Shown one piece after another: positions 1-11,090 of a stretch of DNA of 64,000 bases. The notes beneath the pieces were generated by a model. It saw only the letters and a list, made by a program, of their open reading frames with translations. It was not told the DNA's origin and made no database searches. The translations under genes and the position numbers were made by a program. Source of the stretch: Candidatus Latescibacterota bacterium (lineage in GTDB: Bacteria > Latescibacterota > CBDEFO01); NCBI GenBank assembly GCA_965248755.1, contig OZ252149.1, positions 3,136,001-3,200,000 on the forward strand, written 5' to 3'. Numbering within the stretch: the stretch's first letter is position 1; every line of letters begins with the position of its first letter.

Positions 1-16
1 AGACAGCAATGTCTGA

Positions 17-2092
<2,076 letters not shown>

Positions 2093-2140
2093 ACTACATT
2101 TTAGGTTGAAAGCACGTCACGACAGGAGGTATAAGATAAT

Positions 2141-2287
2141 ATGGAGGGAAAAAGTAAAACACCAAGTCTTAGAAAATGGGGTAAGGTTTTGTTATTGCTG
2201 TTGGTACTTCTGATGCCGTTCGGCTTAATAGCAGTGGTAATCTGGACAATTATGAGGCGGAGAAGCACACAGAAAGATAATGTGTGA
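2141..2287 (+). CDS. Small 48-aa membrane protein, not in the ORF track
   Basis: AGGAGGT RBS at 2124-2130; MEGKSKTPSLRKWGKVLLLLLVLLMPFGLIAVVIWTIMRRRSTQKDNV, a hydrophobic core flanked by basic residues. Confidence 0.55.
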   Translation: MEGKSKTPSLRKWGKVLLLLLVLLMPFGLIAVVIWTIMRRRSTQKDNV

Positions 2288-2302
2288 GTGAACTACCCCC
2301 GC

Positions 2303-2530
2303 TTAATCATCTTGCTTTTTCCGATACTGGATGTATCTTTGGATCAAATCACCGGTGACTCTATCTCCTTAAGGTGCCAGCATAATGTCCTCTTTTCCAC
2401 TATCTTGCTGGGGCCACATCCAGAAGGAGCCGACAGGAACAAATGGACGTAATCCTCTTCGCTGGTAAGGTTCAGTAATGCTATAGATCAACTCTTCCAC
2501 TCCCTGGGCAATTTCAGCCTCTCCAAACAG
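2303..2530 (-). pseudogene. Degraded IS200/IS605-family TnpA (Y1 HUH transposase) remnant
   Basis: Minus-strand peptides EEDYVHLFLSAPSGCGPSKIVE (cf. DHVHL...P) and GDRVTGDLIQRYIQYRKKQ (cf. IxxYIxxQ) lie in different frames with the middle missing; boundaries approximate. Confidence 0.55.
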
Positions 2531-2571
2531 GGATATTTAGACCCAATGTAAATTTCTTTAAATGCATATAA

Positions 2572-2606
2572 AAGAGGAGAGCCCCATCAGTTGGGGCTCT
2601 CCTCTT
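2572..2606 (-). terminator. Intrinsic terminator downstream of moeB
   Basis: AAGAGGAGAGCCCCA-tcagt-TGGGGCTCTCCTCTT perfect 15-bp stem ending in a T-run on the minus strand. Confidence 0.8.
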
Positions 2607-2624
2607 AGCTATACAGGAGCTATA

Positions 2625-3770
2625 TTAATACAGCGGAACGTTCGCATCGATCTGCGTAGACCATTGATCTATGCCGCCTTCAAGGTTCTTGAGGTTCCTG
2701 AAGCCCTGTCCCTTCAATATCTCTATTGCCTGGGCACTTCTGACTCCCATCTTGCAGTGGACCACTACGTCCCTGTCCTTATAATCGCTAATTTCAGAAG
2801 ACCTTTGCGCCACTTGGTTTAGTGGGATAAGCCTCGAACCGTCTATGCGGGCGATTTCGTACTCGTTCAGTTCTCTGACGTCGAGCAATAGAAAATCTTC
2901 CCCGTCGTCCATCTTCATCTTGAGCTCAGCCGCCGTTATCCCCTCTAAATAGTCCCTTTCTCCTTCAGGCTGTATGCCGCAGAACTCCTGATAATCTATA
3001 AGTTCGGTGAGGGTCGGATTATCTCCGCACACAGGGCACTGGGCGTTCCTTTCGAGTTTTACCTCCCGGAACTCCATCTCTAAGGAGTCGAACATCAACA
3101 ATCTCCCTGAAAGCGTGTTCCCCTTGCCCAAGATAATCTTCACTGCCTCCATCGCCTGAATCAGCCCGACTATCCCCGGAAGGACGCCTATCACTCCACC
3201 TTCGGCGCACGAAGGCACCATCCCCGGAGGAGGAGGCTCAGGAAAGAGGCACCTGTAGCACGGACCGCCCTCATAATGAAAGACCGTAGATTGCCCTTCG
3301 AAGCGAAATATGCTCCCGTAGATGTTGGGCTTATCCAGCAACACACACGCATCGTTTGTTAAATACCTGGTCGGGAAGTTGTCCGTCCCGTCGATCACAA
3401 TGTCATAGTCCTTTATAATGTCAAGGGCGTTATCAGAGGAGAACACAACATTATGCTTTATCACCTCGACGTCGGGATTGATCGAATTTATCGTCTCCTT
3501 TGCCGAATCCAACTTCGGCCTTCCTACGTCTTCCGTTCCGTGGATCACCTGTCTTTGGAGGTTTGAAAGTTCCACCTCATCGAAATCGACAAGTCCTAAA
3601 GTCCCGACACCAGCGGCGGCAAGGTACATCCCAAGGGGAGACCCCAATCCTCCCGCCCCTATTAACAGTATCCTGGACTCTAAAAGCTTTGTCTGCCCTT
3701 TGAGCCCAACCTCTGGGAGGATCAGATGCCTTCCATATCGCTGATATTGATCTTTATTCAACGTTAGCAT
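2625..3770 (-). CDS. moeB: MoeB/ThiF adenylyltransferase fused to a rhodanese domain (MoeZ/MoeBR-like)
   Basis: RYGRHL, GAGGLG, SNLQRQ, DGTDNF, CYRC and CPVC zinc motifs, C-terminal rhodanese HCKMGVRS. Confidence 0.93.
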   Translation of the reverse strand: MLTLNKDQYQRYGRHLILPEVGLKGQTKLLESRILLIGAGGLGSPLGMYLAAAGVGTLGLVDFDEVELSNLQRQVIHGTEDVGRPKLDSAKETINSINPDVEVIKHNVVFSSDNALDIIKDYDIVIDGTDNFPTRYLTNDACVLLDKPNIYGSIFRFEGQSTVFHYEGGPCYRCLFPEPPPPGMVPSCAEGGVIGVLPGIVGLIQAMEAVKIILGKGNTLSGRLLMFDSLEMEFREVKLERNAQCPVCGDNPTLTELIDYQEFCGIQPEGERDYLEGITAAELKMKMDDGEDFLLLDVRELNEYEIARIDGSRLIPLNQVAQRSSEISDYKDRDVVVHCKMGVRSAQAIEILKGQGFRNLKNLEGGIDQWSTQIDANVPLY

Positions 3771-3838
3771 GCCTGCTCCTTTTATCTTAATCTCGTACTA
3801 TTTGTTATCTTATCAACCGCGTTTTATATTTATGTATA

Positions 3839-3910
3839 TGCCCCTACGGAGAATCGAACTCCGGCTGCCAGATCGAAAATCTGGTGTCCTAGCCACTAGA
3901 CGACAGGGGC
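3839..3910 (-). tRNA. tRNA-Glu(TTC), CCA not encoded
   Basis: Cloverleaf GCCCCTG...TAGGGGC-A; anticodon arm CCAGA-TTTTCGA-TCTGG; T arm CGGAG-TTCGATT-CTCCG. Confidence 0.93.
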
Positions 3911-4161
3911 ACTTTATCCATTATATGAAATATAAGAACCTTTTGTTTTCTCGTCAACAAGAAATGTATTTAGGACATACTTTGTGTTGAGTCCCGGGAA
4001 TAAAATGTTCTGAAACACACTAAAATCAGGGCTAATTACGAAAAGTCGTTGACATTCGCATCTATCTATCGTATGTTTATCAGCGGTAAAATCAGTAAGC
4101 CCTCCCACAGCACTGCATAAATATAGCTTTATTGGGCGTACCAAAGCTTCCATTTAAATAG

Positions 4162-4196
4162 ATAGCCCCTTAAACCTTTTAAGTTCAAGGGGCTAT
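4162..4196 (-). terminator. Stem-loop downstream of tRNA-fMet
   Basis: ATAGCCCCTT...AAGGGGCTAT inverted repeat. Confidence 0.55.
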
Positions 4197-4198
4197 GT

Positions 4199-4275
<77 letters not shown>

Positions 4276-4369
4276 TCGCCTTATTCTAAAATCGTCTTCT
4301 TATAATATAACAAAACTCGTGTAATTTAGCAAGCTTTTTTCATAGGAAAACCGTCGTAAGAACTATAAT

Positions 4370-5191
4370 TTGAATCATAAGGTGAAGATTCTGCTGGTAG
4401 CAAAAGTAAAATCCCAATCTAAAGGAAATGTTAGATCGTCCCCCCGAAAGGCTCATAAACCTAAAAGCGACTTTGGGGGAAAGGTGCTTCTTTTTATCCT
4501 TGTGTCGGTATTAACGCTCTTTGCAGGCGTGGTGCTTACGGATTGGATGATTATGCCTTTCCTCGTCCTCCGTGGCGAACTTGTAGAAGTCCCTGATATC
4601 GTGGAACTACCAATAAGTGATGCCAGGAAGCTCATATCGCAGCACGGATTGTCGCTCATAATGGACGATCAGAAACCGAGCCTTGATGTTCCCCAAGGCT
4701 GTATCATATCTCAGATGCCAAAGGCGTTTTCCACCGTCAAAAAGGGAAGGGGAATATATGTAGTCGTAAGTCAGGGAGCTATAGAATACAAGATGCCTTA
4801 CGTTGTGGGATCGTCTCTTCGGTCAGCTCAGATAATGACAAGAAAATCAGGATTAGAAGCGGGAAGCGTAGTCTATGAACCTTCATACAGTGTCAAAAAG
4901 GGCATAGTGATATCTCAAGATCCTGTTGCTCATAGTCTCGTGTCAAAAGATAGGCCGGTTAATCTTATAGTCAGCAACGGCCTTCCGGATGCGAGAAAGA
5001 AGATGCCTGACCTGATGGAAAAGGATGTTAAGACGGCTATTGCCATTCTGAAGGCAGAAGGAATAACATGGGAGCTTTTTTACGAATCGAGTGACAAATT
5101 TCTGCCCAATACCGTTATCGGGCAGTCTCCCAAGGCAGGATCGTCCATAGAGGAAAGGCAAAAAGTTAAACTTATCGTCAGCACATTGTAA
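4370..5191 (+). CDS. Membrane-anchored PASTA-domain protein (three PASTA repeats)
   Basis: N-terminal TM helix followed by three (V/M)P...GxI/VISQxP repeats. Confidence 0.85.
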   Translation: MNHKVKILLVAKVKSQSKGNVRSSPRKAHKPKSDFGGKVLLFILVSVLTLFAGVVLTDWMIMPFLVLRGELVEVPDIVELPISDARKLISQHGLSLIMDDQKPSLDVPQGCIISQMPKAFSTVKKGRGIYVVVSQGAIEYKMPYVVGSSLRSAQIMTRKSGLEAGSVVYEPSYSVKKGIVISQDPVAHSLVSKDRPVNLIVSNGLPDARKKMPDLMEKDVKTAIAILKAEGITWELFYESSDKFLPNTVIGQSPKAGSSIEERQKVKLIVSTL

Positions 5192-5298
5192 TTCACAATA
5201 ATAAGTACAAATAATTATATATCAATATGTTACACTAATACATAAACCTTAAACCCAACATAGGAGTAATGTTTTTGAAGCGTAAAGCCTATTTTTTA

Positions 5299-5327
5299 TT
5301 GACAAATAGTCCATAAATTTATATATT
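5299..5327 (+). promoter_or_regulatory. Sigma70-type promoter of hup
   Basis: TTGACA-N17-TATATT. Confidence 0.7.
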
Positions 5328-5401
5328 CTGATCACTTCAGAAAACAATTACACTTACCAATGGTGGTGAGTCTAAAATAACACATTGAGGAGGTGAAAGA
5401 T

Positions 5402-5677
5402 ATGGCAAATAAGGGCGATGTGGTAGATGCTGTTGCTAGGGAAGCGGGAATTTCAAAAAAAGGAGCTGGGGCGGCGGTTAATGCCGTTATCAACACCATT
5501 ACGGATGCCTTAAAGGCAGGGGATAAGGTAACTCTCCCGGGGTTCGGAACGTTTTCTGTGACCCAAAGGGCTGCCAGGAGTGGTAGGGACCCCAGAACAG
5601 GAAACGCACTCGAGATTTCTGCCAGGACGCTGCCCAGGTTTAAGGCAGGAAAGGGACTAAGGGACGCTGTAAATTAA
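5402..5677 (+). CDS. hup: DNA-binding protein HU
   Basis: GFGTF, RAARSGRDPRTG, PRFKAGKGLRDAV; GAGGAGG RBS before ATG 5402 (track starts at GTG 5393). Confidence 0.96.
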   Translation: MANKGDVVDAVAREAGISKKGAGAAVNAVINTITDALKAGDKVTLPGFGTFSVTQRAARSGRDPRTGNALEISARTLPRFKAGKGLRDAVN

Positions 5678-5700
5678 TCTACCTGTTGCCGATTAAATCA

Positions 5701-5745
5701 GGAGACCCCAGGATACCAAATACAAAATTCTGGGGTCTTTCTTTT
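5701..5745 (+). terminator. Terminator after hup
   Basis: GGAGACCCCAG...CTGGGGTCTTTCTTTT. Confidence 0.65.
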
Positions 5746-5749
5746 GAAA

Positions 5750-5919
5750 CTAAGTCGTGTTGTATACAAGGGCCCTCTTAACATCTGCAATGGCTTTTGT
5801 GACGTCTATTTCTCTGGGGCATGCTTCCACGCAGTTGAAGATGGTTCGACACCGCCAGACCCCCCGGCGCCGACGATCACAGCATCGTACTTGTGATAGG
5901 ACACGTCATTAAGATCCAT
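5750..5919 (-). pseudogene. sdhA N-terminus joined to sdhB C-terminus (deletion scar)
   Basis: MDLNDVSYHKYDAVIVGAGG (flavoprotein FAD-binding start) joined at a G6 run to GVWRCRTIFNCVEACPREIDVTKAIADVKRAL (third Cys cluster of SdhB) in another frame. Confidence 0.8.
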
Positions 5920-5973
5920 ACATTATGCCCTTCTTCCGTATTAGACGGTCAAGATGCTAATCCAAGAAAGTCT

Positions 5974-7431
5974 CTAAGCCTTCAGACTCCCAATCAGTGT
6001 CTTTGAATCCTCTATAATCCTTTCGGCTTCCTTCTGGATCAATTCGTCGTATTTTACAGCGACGTCCTCTCCTTCCATTTCCGCAAGCGTCTCTCTTATC
6101 GATCTGCCGCTTCGACGGGCCCTCAGTGTAATATCTCCGGCCTTTTTATACCCGGTAATGGGGTTTAGTATAGTGGCAGCCGCGCCGCTCGCCTCAAAGT
6201 TGCGTCTGCAATTCTCCCTGAAAGCTTGGATTCCATCCAGACAGTTTACGCGGAACGTGACGAGGGCGTTGGACAGAATCTCCAGGGACTCCAGGAGGTT
6301 GAAGTTGATATTGGGCATAAGGACGTTAAGGTCGAGTTGACCCTGACGGGCGTTCCAGGCGACAGCGGTGTCGTTGCCTATCACCTGGTTCGCCACCATC
6401 TTTAGAGCTTCCGCCATCGAAGGATTGATCTTCCCCGGCATGATGGAGGATCCCGGGGCCACCTCCGGCACTGTGATCTCAGCTAAGCCTATGCTGGGGC
6501 CAGAGTTCAACAAGATGATGTCGCTGGCTATCTTGCCGAGTTCTATAGCGAGATTCCTGAGAGCGCCGGAGACAGCGGAAAAGGGCAGCATGCTCTGCAT
6601 GGCGGCAAAGAGATTGGGATGGCTCTTCAGGTCGAAGCCTGTGATCTTGCTCAGATGCCCTACGACTTTTTCTCTGTATCCGGGCGCGGCGTTGATCCCT
6701 GTTCCCGCCGCCGTGCCTCCGATGCCGAGCTTCTTCAAGGACTCAGACTGAACTTGCAACTGCTCCTTAGCCTCACGGACAAGGGAGGCGTATCCGCCAA
6801 ACTCGTTTCCTAAAGTCGTCCCTACAGCGTCCATCATATGCGTCCTTGCGGATTTGATAACATCGGCGAACTCCGCAGCCTTATTGATGAAGGACGCTTC
6901 TAAATCGTCCAATGCGGGCAGAAGCTTTCTGTATATAAGCTTTAAAGCGGCTGTCCTGATGGACGTGGGTATCACGTCGTTGGTAGATTGACCCATATTG
7001 ACGTGGTCGTTCGGACTCACTATCTTCTTTTCATCTTCAAGGCTCCCGCCGAGCTTGATGTGTGCAAGGTTGGCGAGGACCTCGTTCATGTTCATATGAA
7101 TAGATGTCCCAGCCCCCATCTGCGCCAGGGCGTCAACCGGAAACTGGTCTCGGTACTTGCCGTCAATGACCTCACCAGCAGATACCACGATTGCGTTGCC
7201 GATCTTCTCATCTAAAGCCCCGCAGTCCATATTAGCCAGCGCCGCCGCCATCTTTACCTGAGCTAAGGCCACTATGAACTCCGGACGCTGTTTCAGGCCC
7301 GAGATCGGAAAGAGGCGGATTGCCCTCTGAGTCGTCGTGCCCCACAGAGCGTCTACCGGCTCGATCCACACTTCTCCGAGGCTATCGCTCTCCAATCTTC
7401 CATTTTGCTCTTCTTCGCTGGACATTTTCAC
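5974..7431 (-). CDS. Class II fumarate hydratase / aspartate ammonia-lyase family
   Basis: GSSIMPGKINP signature, QSTND, KSARTHMMDA, GGTAAGTGIN; fumC versus aspA cannot be resolved by eye. Confidence 0.92.
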   Translation of the reverse strand: MKMSSEEEQNGRLESDSLGEVWIEPVDALWGTTTQRAIRLFPISGLKQRPEFIVALAQVKMAAALANMDCGALDEKIGNAIVVSAGEVIDGKYRDQFPVDALAQMGAGTSIHMNMNEVLANLAHIKLGGSLEDEKKIVSPNDHVNMGQSTNDVIPTSIRTAALKLIYRKLLPALDDLEASFINKAAEFADVIKSARTHMMDAVGTTLGNEFGGYASLVREAKEQLQVQSESLKKLGIGGTAAGTGINAAPGYREKVVGHLSKITGFDLKSHPNLFAAMQSMLPFSAVSGALRNLAIELGKIASDIILLNSGPSIGLAEITVPEVAPGSSIMPGKINPSMAEALKMVANQVIGNDTAVAWNARQGQLDLNVLMPNINFNLLESLEILSNALVTFRVNCLDGIQAFRENCRRNFEASGAAATILNPITGYKKAGDITLRARRSGRSIRETLAEMEGEDVAVKYDELIQKEAERIIEDSKTLIGSLKA

Positions 7432-7543
7432 AATCTCCTTGTTTTTAAGGGATTTGCACTGAATTCTCTACACTGTAGAATTTTAGCCTTTTTCCCGAAA
7501 AGTTCTTCGCCGATTGAATCTATCGGGGATAACGTCTGTAAAA

Positions 7544-9037
7544 CTATCCTGGCCTCCCGAAGTTATCCAGAAAGATCACGAAGTCGAACAGACCGATTTC
7601 TCCGTTACCGTCTAAATCAAATATAGAATTAGCTGGAGTGGTCGTCACCCCGAATACATCCAGAAGACGGACAAAATCGGAGAGGCCTACTTCATTGTCC
7701 CCGTTGAAATCTCCTACAAGGTCGGGGACGACAATAAACTCAAATCCATTCTTAAATGTGTTTACGTGACCGTTGGGATTTGTGACTATCACGTCCACAA
7801 TACCAGCAGGATGCGAGGGAGTTCTTGCGATAATGGTATTGGGGGACAATACGACTACAATTGTGGCTTCGACACCATCGAAAGTAACAGTCGATCCACT
7901 TTGGAAGTTGTTCCATGTTATAGTCACAGAAGTACCACCTAATTCCGTGCCAGAATTAGGATTAAAAGGTGGAACAACAGGTGCTGGGAATCCCTCCACC
8001 TTACGTATCCGTCTATTGCCCGTATCCGCAATATAGATATTGCTCAATCCATCCACGAATACAGAAGTAGGCCTATGCAACCTCGCAAATTTGGCTGGAC
8101 CTCCATCGCCAGAAAAACCACGATTGCCATTTCCCGCCACAGTGGAGATGATACCCGATGTATCCACCTTACGTATCCGGTGATTGAGCCTATCTGCAAT
8201 ATAGATAATGCCCCATCCATCCACAAATACACCAGAAGGGCTATACAACCTCGCTCTGGTGGCTGGACCTCGATCGCCAGAAAAACCACGGTTGCCATTT
8301 CCCGCCACGGTGGAGATGATACCTGATGTATCCACCTTACGTATCCGGTTATTGATCGTATCTGCAATATAGATATTGCCCAATCCATCCACGAATACGC
8401 TAGAAGGACCCCTCAAGCTTGCTCTGGTGGCAGGACGTCCATCGCCGTAAAATTCCAAGGTTCCATTTCCTGCTACGGTATTGATGTTGCCCGATGTATC
8501 CACCTTACGTATCCGGCTATTGATCGTAATCGCAATATAGATATTGCCCAATCCATCCACGAATACGCTTACAGGATACCACATGCTCGCACTGGTGGCT
8601 GCACCTCCATCGCCAGAAAAACCACGGTTGCCATTTCCCGCCACAGTGGAGATGATACCCGATGTATCCACCTTACGTATCCGGTTATTCTCCGTATCCG
8701 CAATATAGATATTTCCCGAGCCATCTACGAAAACGCCCTCAGGATACGACATGCTCGCACTGGTGGCTGTACCTCCATCACCGGAAAATCCAAACGTGCC
8801 ATTTCCCGCAACGGTGGTCATAATGCCCGACGTATCCACCTTACTTATCCGGTGATTGTTTTTGTCAACAATATAGATATTGCCCGATCCATCCACGAAT
8901 ACGTCATAAGGGATTAATCCACCAGCTATCGTGGAAATATTGCCAGGCGCAGCAACAGCTGAAAGGACGAATCCAAATGTCCAAAAGCCCAATACCAAAA
9001 TACAAATCATAATCTCTTTGACGTGATCCTTTTTCAT
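7544..9037 (-). CDS. Secreted NHL-repeat protein (6 repeats) with IPT/TIG domain and EF-hand/dockerin-like tail
   Basis: Signal peptide from MKKDHVKE (same start as its paralogue); six VFVDGxGxIYIAD repeats; PNSGTELGGTSVTI; GDFNGDNEVGLSDF...DLDGNGEIGLFDF. Confidence 0.85.
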   Translation of the reverse strand: MKKDHVKEIMICILVLGFWTFGFVLSAVAAPGNISTIAGGLIPYDVFVDGSGNIYIVDKNNHRISKVDTSGIMTTVAGNGTFGFSGDGGTATSASMSYPEGVFVDGSGNIYIADTENNRIRKVDTSGIISTVAGNGNRGFSGDGGAATSASMWYPVSVFVDGLGNIYIAITINSRIRKVDTSGNINTVAGNGTLEFYGDGRPATRASLRGPSSVFVDGLGNIYIADTINNRIRKVDTSGIISTVAGNGNRGFSGDRGPATRARLYSPSGVFVDGWGIIYIADRLNHRIRKVDTSGIISTVAGNGNRGFSGDGGPAKFARLHRPTSVFVDGLSNIYIADTGNRRIRKVEGFPAPVVPPFNPNSGTELGGTSVTITWNNFQSGSTVTFDGVEATIVVVLSPNTIIARTPSHPAGIVDVIVTNPNGHVNTFKNGFEFIVVPDLVGDFNGDNEVGLSDFVRLLDVFGVTTTPANSIFDLDGNGEIGLFDFVIFLDNFGRPG

Positions 9038-9145
9038 GATCAATACCTGCTTTTTCCTAAAAAGTTCTCCAATACTTTTTAGGGGCCCAATTCGCAATGA
9101 CTGAAGGTTGAAGCCAAGGCAATGTCACTCCGAGAAAAGCGAATC

Positions 9146-9271
9146 GCCCTCTGAGTCGTCGTGCTCCACAGGGCGTCCATCGGCTCGATCCACACCTCTC
9201 GGAGGCTATCGCTCTCCAATCTTCCATTTTCTTCTTCTTCGCTGGACATTTTCACAATCTCCTTGTTTTTA
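9146..9271 (-). pseudogene. Truncated duplicate of the fumC/aspA 5' end including its RBS
   Basis: 126 bp near-identical to 7322-7447; translates MSSEEEENGRLESDSLREVWIEPMDALWSTTTQRA and then diverges. Confidence 0.85.
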
Positions 9272-9311
9272 GCAGAATTACACCGATTGACTCATACACC
9301 AATGAAATCCT

Positions 9312-11009
9312 TCATCTCCGAGTTCCCAAGTTACTCCAATCGAAATCCCTCAAAGGGGGCCAAACCCTTGGAAAGTATTTCGAAAATAGAGAATGTTTTT
9401 CCTTCAACCTTTCGACAAAATCTTCACTCATTTCAAAACCTGTTGCCTTCACTATCTTTTCCAGAAATCGTTTACTCTCAGACTTTATCAGATAGCGCGG
9501 TGGTTTGTCCAGCCAGACAACACAGCTTCGGGGACACCATGTACTATATGAGCCTTGAGAATCCTCCTCGTGACAAACAGTTCTCATAAAAAGAAAATAG
9601 TCCGCCTCCAAAAATTCCCTGTGTTCAATGAGTTCTGATAATGCACTTTCATTAAATCGTTCTTTCAGAAGATCAGCCATTTTATTTCTGGTCTCGTCCA
9701 GAGAGCGAAGATAGTCATTGATGTCAACAAAAGGAAAGTATCTTCCACCACGTGCTTCAACAAAAAGGTCATCTATAAGTATATCTCCGATAATTTCCCA
9801 ATTATCGTGTCTTATTAGTGTGGCAATAAATGAAACAAACATTTCAAATACTAAGAACTTGTAGCCATCAGAGTCAGGCACATAATATAGTTTCAGAGCA
9901 CTACCGAAGAAGTTGTATATGGCTTCGATAGCCTCTCTATTTTTATATCTACTTGCTAACTGAGCGGCCTCAATAAAACGATATGAGATGGGTATTCCTT
10001 CCGCGATTTGTTCGTCTATAGCCTCATCATAATGTTCAAATTTTGAAAAATCTGGTTTAATTCGTTCTAAATCATTGAAAATACTTATAAGGTATTCTGA
10101 ATATAAAGGATCAATCAGTTCATTGGGAGATTTAAAAGCACGTTTCAAATCCGAAATAGTTGGTCCTGAGCCAATTGTAGGTGCCAAATCATCCAATCTC
10201 TCTAATAATCGAAAGTAATCGTCTATAAATTGACTAGCTCCTGTGCATGCGATGTAACAATCTTTTGCCTTTACCTTTAATATATTTTCAATTTCACCTT
10301 TGGGAGGGCTTGAATTAACCCAGAATAAAGGATAATAGTTGTAATTTCGCCTTTTGAATACTTTCTGTATACCTTTATCACGGCCAGAATAACCGAGTAC
10401 TAAAACGCCATGCTCGCTCAGAACTCTTATCAATTCTTTTTCCATTAATGGGGATAATTTCTCCAAATCTTTAGGCGTATTTTTTAACGCTCCACGACCC
10501 AGAGTCCCGTGAGGTTTATAGATCCTGACTGCTTTACACTGTATTAGTGGCTCTGAATTCTCTAGATCTTCATCTGTCGAAATTACTTGTGTGTCTAATC
10601 CTTTTTCCTCCAAAGCCCTTTCAATATAGTGGTCAAAATTTGTGGTAATAATAGCTCTTATGATTCCCTGTTCTGCTAGTTCAGCCATTCCTCTATGAGC
10701 CTGTCCAACTTCCCTATTACCTAAATAATTCTTAAGAAAGCTCTGCTGATCTGGATGCTTTGGATAAATTTCTCCTATAAGTTCTGCATACTCCATTTGA
10801 GCATACTGGCTATTTATAAACCATTCTTCTAAATCGACGTTCGGGTCTATCGTATTATTATCGTTAGCACAAAGCAAGTTGGCCGTTTCGAGCATTAAAT
10901 CCCAAGCTGTCGGTATCCCTGCATCCTTCGACACACCGGCACCTGCAAACAGAATATATTTCTTTTCCCCTGGCTCAGCACTTGCAGCCAATTTAATGAT
11001 AGGATCCAT
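9312..11009 (-). CDS. SIR2-like (SIR2_2) domain protein, putative NADase / anti-phage defence
   Basis: FAGAGVS, IITTNFD, KPHG, VLGYSGRD motifs; AT-rich relative to neighbours; long unknown C-terminal domain. Confidence 0.85.
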   Translation of the reverse strand: MDPIIKLAASAEPGEKKYILFAGAGVSKDAGIPTAWDLMLETANLLCANDNNTIDPNVDLEEWFINSQYAQMEYAELIGEIYPKHPDQQSFLKNYLGNREVGQAHRGMAELAEQGIIRAIITTNFDHYIERALEEKGLDTQVISTDEDLENSEPLIQCKAVRIYKPHGTLGRGALKNTPKDLEKLSPLMEKELIRVLSEHGVLVLGYSGRDKGIQKVFKRRNYNYYPLFWVNSSPPKGEIENILKVKAKDCYIACTGASQFIDDYFRLLERLDDLAPTIGSGPTISDLKRAFKSPNELIDPLYSEYLISIFNDLERIKPDFSKFEHYDEAIDEQIAEGIPISYRFIEAAQLASRYKNREAIEAIYNFFGSALKLYYVPDSDGYKFLVFEMFVSFIATLIRHDNWEIIGDILIDDLFVEARGGRYFPFVDINDYLRSLDETRNKMADLLKERFNESALSELIEHREFLEADYFLFMRTVCHEEDSQGSYSTWCPRSCVVWLDKPPRYLIKSESKRFLEKIVKATGFEMSEDFVERLKEKHSLFSKYFPRVWPPLRDFDWSNLGTRR

Positions 11010-11090
11010 AAGCTTTTCTCTTCTCAATACGCCCCTTTTTCAGTCTTTCTCCCAAACAACGTCATTTCCACCCAAGCAACGTCTGTAAAA

